The position numbers and the translations under genes were made by a program. A stretch of 64,000 bases of DNA, taken from contig OZ024752.1 in the NCBI GenBank assembly GCA_964016885.1, forward strand, positions 20,770,001-20,834,000. Reading direction: 5' to 3'. The notes below the pieces were generated by a model. It was not told where the DNA came from, made no database searches, and was given only the letters and a program-made list of their open reading frames with translations. Positions 35,901-50,900 of the stretch are shown in pieces (positions within the stretch are counted from its first letter, which is position 1; each line of letters starts with the position of its first letter). The stretch is from Eledone cirrhosa (Eukaryota).

Positions 35901-38900
35901 CACTTAGTATTGTATGTTACACCAACTATTGTATGTAACACCTAGTATTGTATGTTACACCTAGTATTGTATGTTAGACCTAGTATTGTATGTTACACCT
36001 AGTATTGTATGTTACACCTAGTATTGTATGTAACACCTTGTATTGTATGTTACACCTAGTATTGTATGTTACATGTAGTATTGTATGTTACACGAAGTAT
36101 TGTATGTAACACCTAGTATTGTATGTTACACCTAGTATTGTATGTAACACCTAGTATTGTATGTTACACCTACTATTGTATGTTACACCTACTATTGTAT
36201 GTAACACCTAGTATGGTATGTTAACCTAGTATTGTATGTTACACGTAGTATTGTATGTAACACATAGTATTGTATGTTTCACCTATTATTGTATGTTAGA
36301 CCTGGTGTTGTATATTACACCCAGTATTGTATGTAACACCTAATATTGTATGATACACCTAGTATTGTATGTAACACCTAGTATTGTATGTAACACCTAG
36401 TATTGTATGTTACACCTAGTATTGTATGTTTCATGTAGTATTGTATGTTAAACCTAGTATTGTAGGTAACACCTAGTATTGTATGTTACACCTATTATTG
36501 TATGTTACACCTGGTGTTGTATGTTACACCTCCTATTGTATGTAACACCTATTATTGTATGTTACACATAGTATTGTATATAACACGTAGTATTCTATGT
36601 AACAACTAGTATTGTATGTAACACCTAGTATTGTATGTTACACCTAGTATTGTATGTTACACCTAGCACTTTATGTTATATGTAGAATTGTATGTTACAC
36701 CTAGTATTGTATGTAACACCTAATAGTGTATGTTACACCTAGTCTTGTATGTTACACCTAGTATTGTGTGGTACACCTAGTATTCTATGTTAAACCTAGT
36801 ATCGTATGTTACCCCTAGTATTGTATGTAACACTTAGTATTGTATGTTACACCTACTATTGTATGTAACACATAGTATTGTATGTTACAGCTAGTATTAT
36901 ATGTTACACCTGTACTGTATGTTATATGTAGTGCTGTATGTAACACTTAGTATTGTGTTACACCTAGTATTGTATGTTACAAGTAGTATTGTATGTTACA
37001 CCTAGTGTATGTTACAATTATTGTATGTTACACCTGTTGTATGTAACACCCTGTATTGTCTGTTACACCTAGTGTTGTATGTAACACCTAGTATTGTATG
37101 TTACACCTAGTGTTGTATGTAACACCTAGTATTGTATGTAAATCCTTGTATTGTATGTTACACCTAGTACTGTATGTTACATGTAGTATTGTATGTTACA
37201 CCTAGTATTGTATATTACACCTAGTATTGTATGTAACACCAAGTATTGTATGTTACACCTAGTGTTGTATGTAACACCTAGTATTGTGTGTTACACCTAG
37301 TATTGCATGTTATAGCTAGTATTGTATGTTACACCTAGTATTGTATGTTACACCTAGTATTGTATGTAACACCTAGTATTGTATGTTACACCTACTCTTG
37401 TATGTAACAACTAGTATTGTATGTAACACATAGTATTGTATGTTACACTTAGTATTGTACGTAACACCTAGTATTATATGTAGCACATAGTATTGTATGT
37501 TACACCTACTATTGTAAGTTACATATAGTATTGTATGTTACACCTAGTGTTGTATGTTACACCTAGTATTGTATGTAACACCTAGTATTGTATGTAACAC
37601 CTAGTATTGTATGTTACACCTAGTATTGTATGTTACACCTACTATTGTATGTTACACCTAGCATCGTATGTAACACCTAGTATTGTATGTTACACCTAGT
37701 ATTGTATTTTAGACCTAGTGTTGTATGTAACACTTAGTATTGTATGTTACACCAACTATTGTATGTAATACCTAGTATTGTATGTTACACCTAGTATTGT
37801 ATGTTAGACCTAGTGTTGTATGTAACACCTAGTATTGTATGTTACACCAACTATAGTATGTAACACCTAGTATTGTATGTTACACGTAGTATTGTATGTT
37901 ACACCTAGTACTGTATGTTACATGTAGTATTGTATGTTACACTTAGTATTGTATATAACATCTAGTATTGTATGTTACACCTAGTATTGTATGTAACACC
38001 TAGTATTGTATGTAACACCTAGTATGGTATGTTACACCTACTATTGTGTATTACACCTAGTATTGTATGTTACACCTAGTATTGTATGTTAAACCTAGTA
38101 TTATATGTTACACATGTACTGTATGTTATATGTAGAATTGTATGTTACACCTAGTATTGTATGTAACACCTAATATTGTATGTTACACCTAGTCTTGTAT
38201 GTTACACCTAGTATTGTATGTTACACCTAGTATTGTATGTAACACTTAGTATTGTATGTTACACCTAATATTGTATGTAACACCTTGTATTGTATGTTAC
38301 AGCTAGTATTATATGTTACACCTGTACTGTATGTTATATGTAGTGCTGTATGTAACACTTAGTATTGTTACACCTAGTATTGTATGTTACAAGTAGTATT
38401 GTATGTTACACCTAGTGTATGTTACACTTATTGTATGTTACACCTGTTGTATGTAACACCCTGTATTGTATGTTACACCTAGTGTTGTATGTAACACCTA
38501 GTATTGTATATAACTCCTTGTATTGTATGTTACACCTAGTACTGTATGTTACATGTAGTATTGTATGTTACACCTAGTATTGTATATTACACCTAGTATT
38601 GTATGTAACACTTAGTATTGTATGTTACACCTAGTATTGTATGTAACACCTTGTACTGTATGTTACATGTAGTATTGTATGTTACACCTATTATTGTATG
38701 TAACACCTAGTATTGTATGTTACACCTAGTATTGTATGTAACACCTAGAATTGTATGTAACACCTAGTATTGTATGTTACACCTACTATTGTATGTTACA
38801 GCTACTATTGTATGTAACACCTAGTATGGTATGTTACACCTACTATCGTGTGTTACACCTAGTATTGTATGTTACACCTAGTATTGTATGTTAAACCTAG

Positions 38901-41900
38901 TATTGTATGTTACACCTAGTATTCTATATAACACTTAGTATTGTATGTTACACCTACAATTGTATGTAACACCTAGTATTTTATATTACACCTAGTATTG
39001 TATGTAACACCTAGTATTGTATGTTACACCTAGTATTGTATATTACACCTAGTATTATATGTTACACCTGTACTGTATGTTATATATAGTATTGTATGCT
39101 ACCCCTAGTATTGTATGTAACACCTAGTATTCGATGTTACCCCTGGTACTGTATGTTACACATAGTATAGTATGTTAAACCTAGTGTAGTATGTTACACA
39201 TAGTATTGTATGTTACACATAGTATTGTATGTTACACCTAGTATGGTATGTTACACCTAGTATTGTATGTAACACCCAGTATTGTATGTTTCACCTATTA
39301 TTGTATGTTACACCTGGTGTTGTATATTACACCCACTATTGTATGTAACATCTAATATTGTATGATACACCTAGTATTGTATGTAACACCTAGTATTGTA
39401 TGTAACACCTAGTATTGTATGTTACACCTAGTATTGTACGTTACACCTGGTGTTGTATGTTAGACCTGGTGTTGTATGTAACACCTAGTATTGTATGTTA
39501 CACCTAGTGTTGTATCTAACACCTAGTATTGTGTGTTACACCTAGTATTGCATGTTATAGCTAGTATTTTATGTAACTCCTAGTATTGTATGTTACACCT
39601 AGTATTGTATGTAACACCTAGTATTGTATGTTACACCTACTATTGTATGTAACATCTAGTGTTGTATGTAACACATAGTATTGTATGTTACACCTAGTAT
39701 TGTATGTTACAGCTACTATTGTATGTAACACCTAGTATGGTATGTTACACCTACTATTGTGTGTTACACCTAGTATTGTATGTTACACCTAGTATTGTAT
39801 GTAACACCTAGTATTGTATGTTACACCTAGTATTGTGTGTTACACCTAGTATTGTGTGTTACACCTAGTATTCTATGTTAAACCTAGTATTGTATGTTAC
39901 ACCTAGTATTCTATGTAACACTTAGTATTGTATGTTACACCTACAATTGTATGTAACACCTAGTATTTTATATTACACCTAGTATTGTATGTAACCCCTA
40001 GTATTGTATGTTACACCTAGTATTGTATATTACACCTAGTATTATATATTACACCTGTACTGTATGTTATATATAGTATTGTATGCTACCACTAGTATTG
40101 TATGTAACACCTAGTATTCGATGTTACCCCTGGTACTGTATGTTACACATAGTATAGTATGTTAAACCTAGTGTAGTATGTTACACATAGTATTGTATGT
40201 TACACATAGTATTGTATGTTACACCTAGTATGGTATGTTACACCTAGTATTGTATGTAACACCTAGTATTGTATGTTTCACCTATTATTGTATGTTACAC
40301 CTTGTGTTGTTTATTACACCCACTATCGTATGTAACATCTAATATTGTATGATACACCTAGTATTGTATGTAACACCTAGTATTGTATGTAACACCTAGT
40401 ATTGTATGTTACACCTAGTATTGTATGTTACACCTGGTGTTGTATGTTAGACCTGGTGTTGTATGTAACACCTAGTATTGTATGTTACACCTAGTGTTGT
40501 ATCTAACACCTAGTATTGTGTGTTACACCTAGTATTGCATGTTATAGCTAGTATTTTATGTAACTCCTAGTATTGTATGTTACACCTAGTATTGTATGTA
40601 ACACCTAGTATTGTATGTTACACCTACTATTGTATGTAACATCTAGTGTTGTATGTAACACATAGTATTGTATGTTACACCTAGCATTGTATGTTACACT
40701 TAGTATTGTACGTAACACCTAGTATGATATGTAGCACATAGTATTGTATGTTACACCTACTATTGTATGTTACATATAGTATTGTATGTTACGCCCAGTG
40801 TTGTATGTTACACCTAATATTGTATGTTACACCTAGTACTGTATGTAACACCTAGTATTGTATGTAACACCTAGTATTGTATGTTACACCTAGTATTGTA
40901 TGTTAAACCTACTATTGAATGATACATATAGTATTGTATGTTACACCTAGTATTGTATGTAACACCTAGTATTGTATGTTACACCTAGTATTGTATTTTA
41001 GACCTAGTGTTGTATGTAACACTTAGTATTGTATGTTACACCAACTATTGTATGTAACACCTAGTATTGTATGTTACACCTAGTATTGTATGTTAGACCT
41101 AGTGTTGTATGTAATACCTAGTATAGTATGTTACACCAACTATTATATGTAACACCTAGTATTGTATGTTACACCTAGTATTGTATGTTACACCTAGTAT
41201 TGTATGTTACACCTAGTATTGTATGTTACACCTAGTATTGTATGTAACACCTTGTATTGTATGTTACACCTAGTATTGTATGTTACATGTAGTATTGTAT
41301 GTTACACGAAGTATTGTATGTTACACGAAGTATTGTATGTAACACCTAGTATTGTATGTTACACCTAGTATTGTATGTAACACCTAGTATTGTATGTTAC
41401 ACCTACTATTGTATGTTACACCTACTATTGTATGTAACACCTAGTATGGTATGTTACACCTAGTATTGTATGTTACACGTAGTATTGTATGTAACACATA
41501 GTATTGTATGTTTCACCTATTATTGTATGTTAGACCTGGTGTTGTATATTACACCCAATATTGTATGTAACACCTAATATTGTATGATACACCTAGTATT
41601 GTATGTTTCATGTAGTATTGTATGTTAAACCTAGTATTGTAGGTAACACCTAGTATTGTATGTTACACCTATTATTGTATGTTACACCTGGTGTTGTATG
41701 TTACACCTCCTATTGTATGTAACACCTATTATTGTATGTTACACATAGTATTGTATGTAACACGTAGTATTCTATGTAACAACTAGTATTGTATGTAACA
41801 CCTAGTATTGTATGTTACACCTAGTATTGTATGTTACACCTAGCACTGTATGTTATATGTAGAATTGTATGTTACACCTAGTATTGTATGTAACACCTAA

Positions 41901-44900
41901 TAGTGTATGTTACACCTAGTTTTGTATGTTACATCTAGTATTGTGTGGTACACCTAGTATTCTATGTTAAACCTAGTATTGTATGTTACCCCTAGTATTG
42001 TATGTAACACTTAGTATTGTATGTTACACCTACTATTGTATGTAACACATAGTATTGTATGTTACAGGTAGTATTATTTGTTACACCTGTACTGTATGTT
42101 ATATGTAGTGCTGTATGTAACACTTAGTATTGTGTTACACCTAGTATTGTATGTTACAAGTAGTATTGTATGTTACACCTAGTGTATGTTACAATTATTG
42201 TATGTTACACCTGTTGTATGTAACACCCTGTATTGTCTGTTACACCTAGTGTTGTATGTAACACCTAGTGTTGTATGTAACACCTAGTATTGTATGTTAC
42301 ACCTAGTGTTGTATGTAACACCTAGTATTGTATGTAACTCCTTGTATTGTATGTTACACCTAGTACTGTATGTTACATGTAGTATTGTATGTTACACCTA
42401 GTATTGTATATTACCCCTAGTATTGTATGTAACACCAAGTATTGTATGTTACACCTAGTGTTGTATGTAACACCTAGTATTGTGTGTTACACCTAGTATT
42501 GCATGTTATAGCTAGTATTGTATGTTACACCTAGTATTGTATGTTACACCTAGTATTGTATGTAACACCTAGTATTGTATGTTACACCTACTCTTGTATG
42601 TTACAACTAGTATTGTATGTAACACCTAGTATTGTATGTAACACCTAGTATTGTATGTAACACCTAGTATTGTATGTTACACCTAGTATTGTATGTTACA
42701 CCTACTATTGTATGTTACACCTAGCATTGTATGTAACACCTAGTATTGTATGTTACACCTAGTATTGTATTTTAGACCTAGTGTTGTATGTAACACTTAG
42801 TATTGTATGTTACACCAACTATTGTATGTAATACCTAGTATTGTATGTTACACCTAGTATTGTATGTTAGACCTAGTGTTGTATGAAACACCTAGTATTG
42901 TATGTTACACCAACTATTGTATGTAACACCTAGTATTGTATGTTACACGTAGTATTGTATGTTACACCTAGTACTGTATGTTACATGTAGTATTGTATGT
43001 TACACTTAGTATTGTATATAACATCTAGTATTGTATGTTACACCTAGTATTGTATGTAACACCTAGTATTGTATGTAACACCTAGTATTGTATGTAACAC
43101 CTAGTATGGTATGTTACACCTACTATTGTGTATTACACCTAGTATTGTATGTAACACCTAGTATTGTATGTTACACCTAGTATTGTATGTTAAACCTAGT
43201 ATTATATGTTACACATGTACTGTATGTTATATGTAGAATTGTATGTTACACCTAGTATTGTATGTAACACCTAATATTGTATGTTACACCTAGTCTTGTA
43301 TGTTACACCTAGTATTGTATGTTACACCTAGTATTGTATGTTACACCTAATATTGTATGTAACACCTTGTATTGTATGTTACAGCTAGTATTATATGTTA
43401 CACCTGTACTGTATGTTATATGTAGTGCTGTATGTAACACTTAGTATTGTGTTACACCTAGTATTGTATGTTACAAGTAGTATTGTATGTTACACCTAGT
43501 GTATGTTACACTTATTGTATGTTACACCTGTTGTATGTAACACCCTGTATTGTATGTTACACCTAGTGTTGTATGTAACACCTAGTATTGTATATAACTC
43601 CTTGTATTGTATGTTACACCTAGTACTGTATGTTACATGTAGTATTGTATGTTACACCTAGTATTGTATATTACACCTAGTATTGTATGTAACACTTAGT
43701 ATTGTATGTTACACCTAGTATTGTATGTAACACCTTGTACTGTATGTTACATGTAGTATTGTATGTTACACCTATTATTGTATGTAACACCTAGTATTGT
43801 ATGTTACACCTAGTATTGTATGTAACACCTAGTATTGTATGTAACACCTAGTATTGTATGTTACACCTACTATTGTATGTTACAGCTACTATTGTATGTA
43901 ACACCTAGTATGGTATGTTACACCTACTATCGTGTGTTACACCTAGTATTGTATGTTACACCTAGTATTGTATGTTAAACCTAGTATTGTATGTTACACC
44001 TAGTATTCTATGTAACACTTAGTATTGTATGTTACACCTACAATTGTATGTAACACCTAGTATTTTATATTACACCTAGTATTGTATGTAACACCTAGTA
44101 TTGTATGTTACACCTAGTATTGTATATTACACCTAGTATTATATGTTACACCTGTACTGTATGTTATATATAGTATTGTATGCTACCCCTAGTATTGTAT
44201 GTAACACCTAGTATTCGATGTTACCCCTGGTACTGTATGTTACACATAGTATAGTATGTTAAACCCAGTGTAGTATGTTACACATAGTATTGTATGTTAC
44301 ACATAGTATTGTATGTTACACCTAGTATGGTATGTTACACCTAGTATTGTATGTAACACCCAGTATTGTATGTTTCACCTATTATTGTATGTTACACCTG
44401 GTGTTGTATATTACACCCACTATTGTATGTAACATCTAATATTGTATGATACACCTAGTATTGTATGTAACACCTAGTATTGTATGTAACACCTAGTATT
44501 GTATGTTACACCTAGTATTGTATGTTACACCTGGTGTTGTATGTTAGACCTGGTGTTGTATGTAACACCTAGTATTGTATGTTACACCTAGTGTTGTATC
44601 TAAAACCTAGTATTGTGTGGTACACCTAGTATTGCATCTTATAGCTAGTATTTTATGTAACTCCTAGTATTGTATGTTACACCTAGTATTGTATGTAACA
44701 CCTAGTATTGTATGTTACACCTACTATTGTATGTAACATCTAGTGTTGTATGTAACACATAGTATTGTATGTTACACCTAGTATTGTATGTTACAGCTAC
44801 TATTGTATGTAACACATAGTATGGTATGTTACACCTACTATTGTGTGTTACACCTAGTATTGTATGTTACACCTAGTATTGTATGTAACACCTAGTATTG

Positions 44901-47900
44901 TGTGTTACACCTAGTATTGTGTGTTACACCTAGTATTCTATGTTAAACCTAGTATTGTATGTTACACCTAGTATTCTATGTAACACTTAGTATTGTATGT
45001 TACACCTACAATTGTATGTAACACCTAGTATTTTATATTACACCTAGTATTGTATGTAACCCCTAGTATTGTATGTTACACCTAGTATTGTATATTACAC
45101 CTAGTATTATATATTACACCTGTACTGTATGTTATATATAGTATTGTATGCTACCACTAGTATTGTATGTAACACCTAGTATTGTATGTTACACCTACTG
45201 TTGTATGTAACATCTAGTGTTGTATGTAACACATAGTATTGTATGTTACACCTAGCATTGTATGTTACACTTAGTATTGTACGTAACACCTAGTATGATA
45301 TGTAGCACATAGTATTGTATGTTACACCTACTATTGTATGTTACATATAGTATTGTATGTTACGCCCAGTGTTGTATGTTACACCTAATATTGTATGTTA
45401 CACCTAGTATTGTATGTAACACCTAGTATTGTATGTAACACCTAGTATTGTATGTTACACCTAGTATTGTATGTTAAACCTACTATTGAATGATACATAT
45501 AGTATTGTATGTTACACCTAGTATTGTATGTAACACCTAGTATTGTATGTTACACCTAGTATTGTATTTTAGACCTAGTGTTGTATGTAACACTTAGTAT
45601 TGTATGTTACACCAACTATTGTATGTAACACCTAGTATTGTATGTTACACCTAGTATTGTATGTTAGACCTAGTGTTGTATGTAATACCTAGTATAGTAT
45701 GTTACACCAACTATTATATGTAACACCTAGTATTGTATGTTACACCTAGTATTGTATGTTACACCTAGTATTGTATGTTACACCTAGTATTGTATGTTAC
45801 ACCTAGTATTGTATGTTAGACCTAGTATTGTATGTAACACCTTGTATTGTATGTTACACCTAGTATTGTATGTTACATGTAGTATTGTATGTTACACGAA
45901 GTATTGTATGTAACACCTAGTATTGTATGTTACACCTAGTATTGTATGTAACACCTAGTATTGTATGTTACACCTACTATTGTATGTTACACCTACTATT
46001 GTATGTAACACCTAGTATGGTATGATACACCTAGTATTGTATGTTACATGTAGTATTGTATGTAACACATAGTATTGTATGTTACACCTACTATTGTATG
46101 TTACACCTACTATTGTATGTAACACCTAGTATGGTATTTTACACCTTGTATTGTATGTTACACCTAGTATTGTATGTTACATGTAGTATTGTATGTTACA
46201 CGAAGTATTGTATGTAACACCTAGTATTGTATGTTACACCTAGTATTGTATGTAACACCTAGTATTGTATGTTACACCTACTATTGTATGTTACACCTAC
46301 TATTGTATGTAACACCTAGTATTGTATGTTTCACCTATTATTGTATGTTAGACCTGGTGTTGTATATTACACCCAATATTGTATGTAACACCTAATATTG
46401 TATGATACACCTAGTATTGTATGTAACACCTAGTATTATATGTAACACCTAGTATTGTATGTTACACCTAGTATTGTATGTTTCATGTAGTATTGTATGT
46501 TAAACCTAGTATTGTAGGTAACACCTAGTATTGTATGTTACACCTATTATTGTATGTTACACCTGGGTTTGTATGTTACACCTCCTATTGTATGTAACAC
46601 CTATTATTGTATGTTACACATAGTATTGTATGTAACACGTAGTATTCTATGTAACAACTAGTATTGTATGTAACACCTAGTATTGTATGTTACACCTAGT
46701 ATTGTATGTTACACCTAGCACTGTATGTTATATGTAGAATTGTATGTTACACCTAGTATTGTATGTAACACCTAATAGTGTATGTTACACCTAGTTTTGT
46801 ATGTTACACCTAGTATTGTGTGGTACACCTAGTATTCTATGTTAAACCTAGTATTGTATGTTACCCCTAGTATTGTATGTAACACTTAGTATTGTATGTT
46901 ACACCTACTATTGTATGTAACACATAGTATTGTATGTTACAGGTAGTATTATTTGTTACACCTGTACTGTATGTTATATGTAGTGCTGTATGTAACACTT
47001 AGTATTGTGTTACACCTAGTATTGTATGCTACAAGTAGTATTGTATGTTACACCTAGTGTATGTTACAATTATTGTATGTTACACCTGTTGTATGTAACA
47101 CCCTGTATTGTCTGTTACACCTAGTGTTGTATGTAACACCTAGTGTTGTATGTAACACCTAGTATTGTATGTTACACCTAGTGTTGTATGTAACACCTAG
47201 TATTGTATGTAACTCCTTGTATTGTATGTTACACCTAGTACTGTATGTTACATGTAGTATTGTATGTTACACCTAGTATTGTATATTACCCCTAGTATTG
47301 TATGTAACACCAAGTATTGTATGTTACACCTAGTGTTGTATGTAACACCTAGTATTGTGTGTTACACCTAGTATTGCATGTTATAGCTAGTATTGTATGT
47401 TACACCTAGTATTGTATGTTACACCTAGTATTGTATGTAACACCTAGTATTGTATGTTACACCTACTCTTGTATGTTACAACTAGTATTGTATGTAACAC
47501 CTAGTATTGTATGTAACACCTAGTATTGTATGTAACACCTAGTATTGTATGTTACACCTAGTATTGTATGTTACACCTACTATTGTATGTTACACCTAGC
47601 ATTGTATGTAACACCTAGTATTGTATGTTACACCTAGTATTGTATTTTAGACCTAGTGTTGTATGTAACACTTAGTATTGTATGTTACACCGACTATTGT
47701 ATGTAATACCTAGTATTGTATGTTACACCTAGTATTGTATGTTAGACCTAGTTTTGTATGTAACACCTAGTATTGTATGTTACACCTAGTACTGTATGTT
47801 ACATGTAGTATTGTATGTTACACGTAGTATTGTATGTTACACCTAGTATTGTATTTTAGACCTAGTGTTGTATGTAATACCTAGTATAGTATGTTACACC

Positions 47901-50900
47901 AACTATTATATGTAACACCTAGTATTGTATGTTACACCTAGTATTGTATGTTACACCTAGTATTGTATGTTACACCTAGTATTGTATGTTAGACCTAGTA
48001 TTGTATGTAACACCTTGTATTGTATGTTACACCTAGTATTGTATGTTACATGTAGTATTGTATGTTACACGAAGTATTGTATGTAACACCTAGTATTGTA
48101 TGTTACACCTAGTATTGTATGTAACACCTAGTATTGTATGTTACACCTACTATTGTATGTTACACCTACTATTGTATGTAACACCTAGTATGGTATGTTA
48201 CACCTAGTATTGTATGTTACATGTAGTATTGTATGTAACACATAGTATTGTATGTTTCACCTATTATTGTATGTTAGACCTGGTGTTGTATATTACACCC
48301 AATATTGTATGTAACACCTAATATTGTATGATACACCTAGTATTGTGTGTAACACCTAGTATTGTATGTAACACCTAGTATTGTATGTTACACCTAGTAT
48401 TGTATGTTTCATGTAGTATTGTATGTTAAACCTAGTATTGTAGGTAACACCTAGTATTGTATGTTACACCTATTATTGTATGTTACACCTGGGTTTGTAT
48501 GTTACACCTCCTATTGTATGTAACACCTATTATTGTATGTTACACATAGTATTGTATGTAACACGTAGTATTCTATGTAACAACTAGTATTGTATGTAAC
48601 ACCTAGTATTGTATGTTACACCTAGTATTGTATGTTACACCTAGCACTGTATGTTATATGTAGAATTGTATGTTACACCTAGTATTGTATGTAACACCTA
48701 ATAGTGTATGTTACACCTAGTTTTGTATGTTACACCTAGTATTGTGTGGTACACCTAGTATTCTGTTAAACCTAGTATTGTATGTTACCCCTAGTATTGT
48801 ATGTAACACTTAGTATTGTATGTTACACCTACTATTGTATGTAACACATAGTATTGTATGTTACAGGTAGTATTATTTGTTACACCTGTACTGTATGTTA
48901 TATGTAGTGCTGTATGTAACACTTAGTATTGTGTTACACCTAGTATTGTATGCTACAAGTAGTATTGTATGTTACACCTAGTGTATGTTACAATTATTGT
49001 ATGTTACACCTGTTGTATGTAACACCCTGTATTGTCTGTTACACCTAGTGTTGTATGTAACACCTAGTGTTGTATGTAACACCTAGTATTGTATGTTACA
49101 CCTAGTGTTGTATGTAACACCTAGTATTGTATGTAACTCCTTGTATTGTATGTTACACCTAGTACTGTATGTTACATGTAGTATTGTATGTTACACCTAG
49201 TATTGTATATTACCCCTAGTATTGTATGTTACACCTAGTGTTGTATGTAACACCTAGTATTGTGTGTTACACCTAGTATTGCATGTTATAGCTAGTATTG
49301 TATGTTACACCTAGTATTGTATGTTACACCTAGTATTGTATGTAACACCTAGTATTGTATGTTACACCTACTCTTGTATGTTACAACTAGTATTGTATGT
49401 AACACCTAGTATTGTATGTAACACCTAGTATTGTATGTTACACCTAGTATTGTATGTTACACCTACTATTGTATGTTACACCTAGCATTGTATGTAACAC
49501 CTAGTATTGTATGTTACACCTAGTATTGTATTTTAGACCTAGTGTTGTATGTAACACTTAGTATTGTATGTTACACCAACTATTGTATGTAATACCTAGT
49601 ATTGTATGTTACACCTAGTATTGTATGTTAGACCTAGTGTTGTATGTAACACCTAGTATTGTATGTTACACCAACTATTGTATGTAACACCTAGTATTGT
49701 ATGTTACACGTAGTATTGTATGTTACACCTAGTACTGTATGTTACATGTAGTATTGTATGTTACACTTAGTATTGTATATAACATCTAGTATTGTATGTT
49801 ACACCTAGTATTGTATGTAACACCTAGTATTGTATGTAACACCTAGTATTGTATGTAACACCTAGTATGGTATGTTACACCTACTATTGTGTATTACACC
49901 TAATATTGTATGTAACACCTAGTATTGTATGTTACACCTAGTATTGTATGTTAAACCTAGTATTATATGTTACACATGTACTGTATGTTATATGTAGAAT
50001 TGTATGTTACACCTAGTATTGTATGTAACACCTAATATTGTATGTTACACCTAGTCTTGTATGTTACACCTAGTATTGTATGTTACACCTAGTATTGTAT
50101 GTAACACTTAGTATTGTATGTTACACCTAATATTGTATGTAACACCTTGTATTGTATGTTACAGCTAGTATATGTTACACCTGTACTGTATGTTATATGT
50201 AGTGCTGTATGTAACACATAGTATTGTGTTACACCTAGTATTGTATGTTACAAGAAGTATTGTATGTTACACCTAGTGTATGTTACACTTATTGTATGTT
50301 ACACCTGTTGTATGTAACACCCTGTATTGTATGTTACACCTAGTGTTGTATGTAACACCTAGTATTGTATAAAACTCCTTGTATTGTATGTTACACCTAG
50401 TACTGTATGTTACATGTAGTATTGTATGTTACACCTAGTATTGTATATTACACCTAGTATTGTATGTGACACTTAGTATTGTATGTTACACCTAGTATTG
50501 TATGTAACACCTTGTATTGTATGTTACAAATAGTATTGTATGTTACACCTAGTACTGTATGTTACATGTAGTATTGTATGTTACACCTATTATTGTATGT
50601 AACACCTAGTATTGTATGTTACACATAGTATTGTATGTAACACCTAGTATTGTATGTTACACCTACTATTGTATGTTACAGCTACTATTGGATGTAACAC
50701 CTAGTATGGTATGTTACACCTACTATTGTGTGTTACACCTAGTATTGTATGTTACACCTAGTATTGTATGTAACACCTAGTATTGTATGTTACACCTAGT
50801 ATTGTGTGTTACACCTAGTATTCTATGTTAAACCTAGTATTGTATGTTACACCTAGTATTCTATGTAACACTTAGTATTGTATGTTACACCTACAATTGT